The notes under the pieces were generated by a model. The model saw only the letters and a list, made by a program, of their open reading frames with translations. It was not told the DNA's origin and made no database searches. The translations under genes and the position numbers were made by a program. Positions 5,772 through 11,047 of a stretch of 11,047 bases of DNA are shown here, one piece after another (position 1 is the first letter of the stretch; each line of letters opens with the position of its first letter). The DNA comes from Candidatus Sumerlaeia bacterium (GTDB lineage Bacteria > Sumerlaeota > Sumerlaeia > SLMS01), in assembly GCA_038208905.1 (NCBI GenBank), contig JBBQYG010000137.1, forward strand, positions 1 through 11,047, written 5' to 3'.

Positions 5772-8354
5772 TCAGAAGAGGTCTTTGCGGAAGCAGAAGA
5801 CGTAATCGAATGAACTGACGGATGGGTGGACCCTACCGGTACCCTCGAATGTCTCCCTGAGGATCAGGTATCGCCAGACGCGTTTCCAGTCCTCCTTGGC
5901 GTTGAATGCCTCCGATGCCTGGGGCGTGGCATCCAGATAGTGGCCGGGGATCCACTCCTTCCAGATATTCAGGAGCGACATCGGGCTGATGACATCCGGT
6001 GTCCAGAACGTGGTGCCGCGGGAGCGATGGAAGTGGTAGCGTTCCTTCAGCGCTGGGAACTTCTCCGCCTCCTCCACGGAAAGGAAGAAGAACTCGAAAT
6101 TGTCGTCGATGGCCTTCTGCACGTCGCCTCCTTCCTGATAGGCGATGTTGCGGAAGTACCACTTGGCGGGCCAAGTCACCTGGTCCAGCGGCTTCATGAA
6201 AATCTTCACGTCCTTGTGGCGGCCGATGTCGTTGTAGTTCTTGATGTAGGAGAGCTGACCGCCGTCCATTCGCAGCGGCGCGATGCGGACGTAGCGTTCC
6301 ACGAACTTCATATGCTCCTTAACGTCGCGGAAGCTGGGGCCATAGGCCATGCGCTCCCGCGGGTCGTCGGCCTGACGGAAGTTCATGTTCACGAAGGCCT
6401 TGAGATTCCACAGCGCGAGTATGCAGACGCACGCCACGGCGGCGCGGCGCATGCCGATGGCGGGGAGGCGATTGTAGAATCGGTCGAAGTAGCTGGCGGA
6501 TAGCAGGATCGCCGGGAGCATCGCGTGGATGCCGACTTGGGGAACGCCCTCCCGCGCATAGCTGGCGGAGCCGACCATCGTAACCGTCCACCAGACGAGG
6601 AAGCCGTGGAACCGCTCTCCCCGGTCGATCGCATTCCACGCATAAATGGTGGCGAAGAAGATCAGGATCATGACGAAGGCGATGTTCCATCCGCCATCGA
6701 AGTTGAAAGTCATCTCGATATAGGAGGCGAGGGTGTGTTCGGCCTTCGGGGTGCGCAGGCGCTCGCCATAATTGAAAATCGGCGCGGCAAAGAGCGCGGC
6801 CCACCGCGCGGACGAGAACACGGCGATCGAGTACACGAGGAGCGAGACCAGCGAGACGGGAAGAATGACCCTACCCGAGCGCGGGAACAGCAGCGTGACC
6901 ACGCCGAGGAATCCGCCGATCAGCGCAAGGTGCTTCAGATAGTCGAAGTTCATCGGCACGGGAGTCGTGGTGCCCGGCAGAAGCGTCTCGGCGCCGCTGA
7001 AGATGAGCTTGTGAAATACCGCTGCCGCGACCGCCATCAGGAGGAATGCAACCCCCGTGGTACGAGTCCACCGGACTCGGAACAGGGAGGCAAACCACAC
7101 CGCAGAAATGATGAGCACCGCGGGTGTCTCGTAGATGAGCAGGTTGAGAGGGTGCTGGTGAAAGGGGCCGCCGATGCGGCCCCACTCGTGCTGGCCTCCC
7201 CAATAGGACCAAGTCTGGCTGTATATCTCGAAGAAGCCAATCCGCTTGAACATGAACGTGGTGTAAGTTGCCACGTAGAACGCGACAGAAAAGAGCAGCG
7301 CGCCCAGAACATACCAGCGTCCGCGATGCAGGTCGGCCCACAGCTTCGCAAGGAACTCGGTTCGCCCCGCGCGATGGTCCACAGCCAGCTTGGCAATCCA
7401 TCCGACTGCGAGCAGCGCGATGAACAAACCTGAATAGAAGAGGCCCCAGAACGCCCTCGTCCCCGCGGGGCCTGCGTCCGGCGACTTCACCGGATCAACC
7501 GTCGCCCACCCGAGCAGCACTGGGATCGACCGCACGTCGCGCAGCGTCCAATCGTGGCCGATATTCTCGACCACGTCAGAATCGTACTTCAGGCCCTCGA
7601 AGGTCTGAGTCAGCACGAGGATGACAAAGGTCGCGGGGATAAGCACCAGCCAGGCGACGCGCGGCGAGCGGGGGATTGGCTCCAGAAAGGTGCGCACCTT
7701 CTGGGCCTTGCCCTCCATGAAAAATGCGACTGTGTCGTGGATGAAAACGAGCAGGATGTAGGTGAATACGCTGAAATAGACGAAGACGGCGCTGGCCTTG
7801 TTATTAAAGAGTGCGGCGATGGCGATGATGGCAGACGCCGCCCATCGTGGATCGCGGGTGCGCCACCAGTTGGCCAGGCTCGCCACGATCCAGAGCGTAT
7901 TGAACAGGAAGAGCCCGTCCATGTGGAGGAAGCGGTTGAAGAATCCAATGCCGGGCGACACCGCAAAAAACAAGAGCGCGAACCATGTCCCCGCCTCGCC
8001 AAGCCAAAACCTCAGCTTCCAGACCCAAAGAAACGATCCGATACCGAGCAGCGCCACGCCCAGGCGAACCGTGTAATCGGAGGCGCCAAAGATGTGGAAC
8101 ACCAGGTTCTGAATATGCAGCATCAGGGGTCCGTGGAGGATCGCGCTGTACTCGTAGTTGAATTTCTGGTAGAGATTGTTATAAGTGTACATCGTAAACA
8201 GCAACTCGTCGTGCATCATCGTCTTGTTGCCGAGATCCCACAATCGCAGGAAGCCGCACAGCCCCAGCAACGCAAAGAAGAGCACGATCCGGTTCCGGCT
8301 GCGGAACGGGTCGTCGTGGAATTCCTTCAGGGATTCGGCGGGCGTGGCGATCAT
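5772..8354 (-). CDS. GT-C fold membrane glycosyltransferase-like protein (TIGR03663/Agl23-like), paralog B, 860 aa (start corrected from ORF track 8912 to ATG 8354)
   Basis: ATG at 8354 overlaps the upstream stop as ATGA (8351-8354), with GGAG 8 nt upstream (8363-8366). MIATPAES... aligns end to end with paralog A (62/100 identities by hand count over the 100 aa starting RLWDLG). Motifs MHDE, ILHGP, RFLHMD, NKAS, YWGGQHEWGRI, ERMAYGP, WPAKWYFR. Confidence 0.82.
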   Translation of the reverse strand: MIATPAESLKEFHDDPFRSRNRIVLFFALLGLCGFLRLWDLGNKTMMHDELLFTMYTYNNLYQKFNYEYSAILHGPLMLHIQNLVFHIFGASDYTVRLGVALLGIGSFLWVWKLRFWLGEAGTWFALLFFAVSPGIGFFNRFLHMDGLFLFNTLWIVASLANWWRTRDPRWAASAIIAIAALFNNKASAVFVYFSVFTYILLVFIHDTVAFFMEGKAQKVRTFLEPIPRSPRVAWLVLIPATFVILVLTQTFEGLKYDSDVVENIGHDWTLRDVRSIPVLLGWATVDPVKSPDAGPAGTRAFWGLFYSGLFIALLAVGWIAKLAVDHRAGRTEFLAKLWADLHRGRWYVLGALLFSVAFYVATYTTFMFKRIGFFEIYSQTWSYWGGQHEWGRIGGPFHQHPLNLLIYETPAVLIISAVWFASLFRVRWTRTTGVAFLLMAVAAAVFHKLIFSGAETLLPGTTTPVPMNFDYLKHLALIGGFLGVVTLLFPRSGRVILPVSLVSLLVYSIAVFSSARWAALFAAPIFNYGERLRTPKAEHTLASYIEMTFNFDGGWNIAFVMILIFFATIYAWNAIDRGERFHGFLVWWTVTMVGSASYAREGVPQVGIHAMLPAILLSASYFDRFYNRLPAIGMRRAAVACVCILALWNLKAFVNMNFRQADDPRERMAYGPSFRDVKEHMKFVERYVRIAPLRMDGGQLSYIKNYNDIGRHKDVKIFMKPLDQVTWPAKWYFRNIAYQEGGDVQKAIDDNFEFFFLSVEEAEKFPALKERYHFHRSRGTTFWTPDVISPMSLLNIWKEWIPGHYLDATPQASEAFNAKEDWKRVWRYLILRETFEGTGRVHPSVSSFDYVFCFRKDLF
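5935..5966. repeat. 32-bp exact direct repeat, copy 2 (copy 1 at 3348-3379)
   Basis: Identical 32-mer in the equivalent C-terminal region of paralog B. Confidence 0.9.
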
Positions 8355-11047
8355 TCCGCGCGCTCCGGCTTGATGGGAAAGTCGGCCGGCACGGCGAAGA
8401 TCACCGTGGGCGGCATCGCGAGTCCCTCCTCGCGGGGGAGGCGGTTCTCGGGCGCGTTGCTGCGGAAGACCTCGGTGAAGCCCCAGCCCTTCAGGCGCTC
8501 CTCGATGCCCTCGCCATAGCCTTCGCGCTCCAGCGTGCCGACGACGACGTACTGGATGCGATAGCGACCCATGAGTCGCGCGACCTTGTCCTTGTCGGGC
8601 GAGCGGTACATCTCGCCCGCGTCCCGCATCATGGCGTCCATGACGAGGGACATGCCGACGTCGTTTTTCTCGATCACGCGACGCAGGCGGAACAGATCCA
8701 TCAGCCCCGCGCCGGGAACCAGGCTGCGAAGCATCGCCAGGCGTTCCTTGCCGCCGGAGAGGCGGAGCGAGCGCTGCGTCGTTGCGTCGAGCTCCGCCGA
8801 AAAAGAAGGCAACACCGCGCGGAAGGCGGTCGCAAGATCGGCAAGTCCCGTCACGGAATCGTAGTAGGCCACCTTGAGGGCATACGGCGCGGGGCGGACG
8901 CGGCCGCGCCACTGGCTCTCGTGGTGCTTCCAGCCGAGGATCGTCGTGCGGCCGCTCCCGGTGGAAATGCGCCCGATGTGGCTATACGCGACCTCATCCA
9001 CACGCTCAAGGATGCGGGTGCCCGGCGGGGTGTTCTTCTCCATCCAGGTGATCGCCTTGTAGTCCTCGCGATAGCGCGGGTACTCGCCAAGGTGCGCAAT
9101 CGCGTCGAGCGTGCGCGTCATGTAGATGTCGCGATGCGGCGCGCGGGCCTCCGGCGTCGAGGCGATGGGCCACGTGAAGAAATCGCGTGTCCGCGTGACG
9201 GTGGCTGCGAGGGGGTAGTACATCCCGAGGAACAGCACCGCCATAACCGCGACCAGCGCGGGCCAGCGGGCGAGGACGTGGCCCACGGCCTCCGTGGCGT
9301 CGTCGCCCATGCGGGAGCGCCCCTTGGCAGTGGCCGCCATGACGAGCGCGACGATCAGGATTCCCGCCAAAATCCAGAACAAATAGAACCACATGCGTGC
9401 GGCGCCCTCGGGAAACAGGCGCGCGATCAGGAACGGCATGCCGATACCGCCAATGGCGATCAGCGTCCAGAGCTCTGGCGAGGCGATTGCCGAATTGGTT
9501 GTCATCGGGCGGACGCTGAAGCGCGCGAACATCTCTCGCAGCGCGACGACCATGCCGCCGGCGAAGATCGCCCAGATCGGGTAGTATATCTTGAACGGCG
9601 TGTTGTAGCGCTCGAGGTTTCCGCCGTAGTCGTCGTCGAAATGCAGTGCCTCGACAAACCAAGTCCAAAAGAAGGCTACGGAAAGGAAGGTCCACGCGGG
9701 GCTCTCCGATCGATCCTTGAAGGCGATGGCGTAGTAGAACGCGAGGACCATCATGCCGAGAGAAATTGCGCCAGCCCAATGCTCCAGATAGTTGCGTGTC
9801 AGGGTGATGATCGCCAGCACACCCATCGCCGCCATGAATGCAACGCCCCGGGGTACGCGGCGGGCACTGCGTGCGAAACGACCAATCGCCAGCGCGATGA
9901 TCGGAATGAGGAAAATGCCCCAGTGCATGACAAAATCGCGAAGCTGAGTGCGAAGCGCGGCAGGAAACGGGTTCACGGGAGAGGATTTCCAGAACGTCTC
10001 CCAGAAGCGACCCGTGGCGGACTTCAATTCATGGGAAATAAATGGCGGAAGAATATCGTAGAATACGGTGTTCTCCGGCTGGAGGGGCGATACGAAATAG
10101 AGCTTGAACGGCAGGATGAAGGCGAGCGACAGCCCGCCCACCATGGCGTAGGTGCCGCCTGCGGAATACCACCATGCCCCGACGCCATTCTCGCGCGGAC
10201 GGAGGGCCCAACTCCCCGCGAGCGCGATGATGGCAAGCAGGATCGCCGCGTCGCGAATCGCAATGCCGAGGGCGGGCGTGGGTTCCGCGCCACCCATGCC
10301 GGGTGCGATGAAGGCACCCAGCATCACAAGCGCCAGCGCGACAACAATTGCGGGAATCGCCAGCGAAAGGACGGATGCGTGCGTCAGCCTAAACCGGATG
10401 ATGGGGTACCCCGCGGCGAGCGCGACGATGGCGAGAAGGAAGAGCTTGAAGTTCTGAAAGAGCGGTGTCGTATCGGGCATCGAATTCCAGAGAGCCCCGA
10501 CGACGAGAGCGAGCAGCACCGCGAATCCGGCGAAACCGACCCACTTCCAGAACGCCGCCGGCGCGACGCCGCGACGCGCGACGAGGATCACAACGCCATA
10601 CAGGGGTGCGAGTACCACGGCGTCCCAGATATTGACGGGAAACACGGCGGCGATGAAAAAGGCCATGCAGCCGAGGTCAATCCAGCTTCGGCCAAAGAAG
10701 ATCGCGTCTTTCCGCGAGCCGCGACTGTTCTTGCGCAGCAGCGAGAGGCAGGCGCAGAGCGCAGCGAGCGTGAAGGGAATCGCGGCGTGATGCGGGTGAT
10801 GATCGCCCAGAATCGCGCTGAAGTAGGGGAACTCGGTGATGGTGCCGGCTTCCTTCACCCCGCCGGGCGTTCCCTTGATCGCGCGGCTGGAGTCCCAGAA
10901 ATTGACGAAGGTCGCGTTCTCCCAGGAGAATCGAATCTGTCCGATGGTGGGATTGGTGGGCGCGGTCGGAAACTCCGTGCCGAATCGCGCGGCGATCACC
11001 TGAAGCGGGTCGATGGTGAACTCTGTGAATGCTTCGCGGATGTCCGA
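8351..11047 (-). CDS. DUF2298 / TIGR03662 (Chlor_Arch_YYY)-like large membrane protein, 5'-truncated by window (>898 aa), putative GT-C glycosyltransferase
   Basis: Frame stays open from the track start 10999 to the window edge (SDIREAFTEFTIDPLQV...). Motifs recalled for DUF2298: FWDSSRAI, TITEFPYFSAILGDHHPH, ERYNTPFKIY, TLDA...DYKAITWM, ILE...YSHIGRISTGSGRTTILGWKHHESQWRG, YRIQYVVVGTLEREGYG. Confidence 0.8.
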   Translation of the reverse strand, partial: SDIREAFTEFTIDPLQVIAARFGTEFPTAPTNPTIGQIRFSWENATFVNFWDSSRAIKGTPGGVKEAGTITEFPYFSAILGDHHPHHAAIPFTLAALCACLSLLRKNSRGSRKDAIFFGRSWIDLGCMAFFIAAVFPVNIWDAVVLAPLYGVVILVARRGVAPAAFWKWVGFAGFAVLLALVVGALWNSMPDTTPLFQNFKLFLLAIVALAAGYPIIRFRLTHASVLSLAIPAIVVALALVMLGAFIAPGMGGAEPTPALGIAIRDAAILLAIIALAGSWALRPRENGVGAWWYSAGGTYAMVGGLSLAFILPFKLYFVSPLQPENTVFYDILPPFISHELKSATGRFWETFWKSSPVNPFPAALRTQLRDFVMHWGIFLIPIIALAIGRFARSARRVPRGVAFMAAMGVLAIITLTRNYLEHWAGAISLGMMVLAFYYAIAFKDRSESPAWTFLSVAFFWTWFVEALHFDDDYGGNLERYNTPFKIYYPIWAIFAGGMVVALREMFARFSVRPMTTNSAIASPELWTLIAIGGIGMPFLIARLFPEGAARMWFYLFWILAGILIVALVMAATAKGRSRMGDDATEAVGHVLARWPALVAVMAVLFLGMYYPLAATVTRTRDFFTWPIASTPEARAPHRDIYMTRTLDAIAHLGEYPRYREDYKAITWMEKNTPPGTRILERVDEVAYSHIGRISTGSGRTTILGWKHHESQWRGRVRPAPYALKVAYYDSVTGLADLATAFRAVLPSFSAELDATTQRSLRLSGGKERLAMLRSLVPGAGLMDLFRLRRVIEKNDVGMSLVMDAMMRDAGEMYRSPDKDKVARLMGRYRIQYVVVGTLEREGYGEGIEERLKGWGFTEVFRSNAPENRLPREEGLAMPPTVIFAVPADFPIKPERAE

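Noticed and set aside
3348..5966. 32-bp repeat as a CRISPR repeat, att site or DGR template/variable repeat
   Set aside because: There are only two copies 2587 bp apart, in frame at equivalent positions of paralogous genes. No cas, integrase or reverse transcriptase gene is present and there is no adenine-specific mismatch pattern.
7700..8230. Locally more AT-rich sequence in the 5' part of paralog B suggesting foreign origin
   Set aside because: It is largely explained by Phe/Ile/Asn/Tyr/Lys-rich content. No mobility signatures were seen and the effect was not quantified.
8355..8912. 186-aa N-terminal extension of paralog B in the ORF track (1046 aa)
   Set aside because: It overlaps the DUF2298-like CDS in another frame and is Arg/Pro/Gly-rich shadow sequence with no counterpart in paralog A. 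ATG 8354 has an SD and an ATGA coupling.
10997..10999. GTG 10999 as start of the DUF2298-like gene
   Set aside because: The frame is open to the window edge and the expected N-terminal family region is missing, so this is an internal Val codon.

Overview
GC-rich bacterial chromosomal window with two convergent, tightly packed gene blocks. Plus strand (1-3181): 3' end of a TerB-like protein, a single-anchor signal peptidase I, and a NatA/NatB-like ABC-2 exporter pair whose permease has an enlarged extracytoplasmic loop. Minus strand (3185->11047): a putative operon of three large polytopic membrane proteins. The first is a 5'-truncated DUF2298 / TIGR03662 (Chlor_Arch_YYY)-like protein. It is followed by two tandem paralogous GT-C-fold (PMT_2-like; TIGR03663/Agl23-like) putative glycosyltransferases. 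The most interesting feature is this putative lipid-linked-sugar-dependent envelope glycosylation module, known to me mainly from Chloroflexota and archaea. Here the GT-C is duplicated and the copies differ at motif positions (RFYRED/NKE vs RFLHMD/NKA). Family assignments come from motif recognition by eye, not database searches. I saw no RNA genes, mobile elements or CRISPR arrays.
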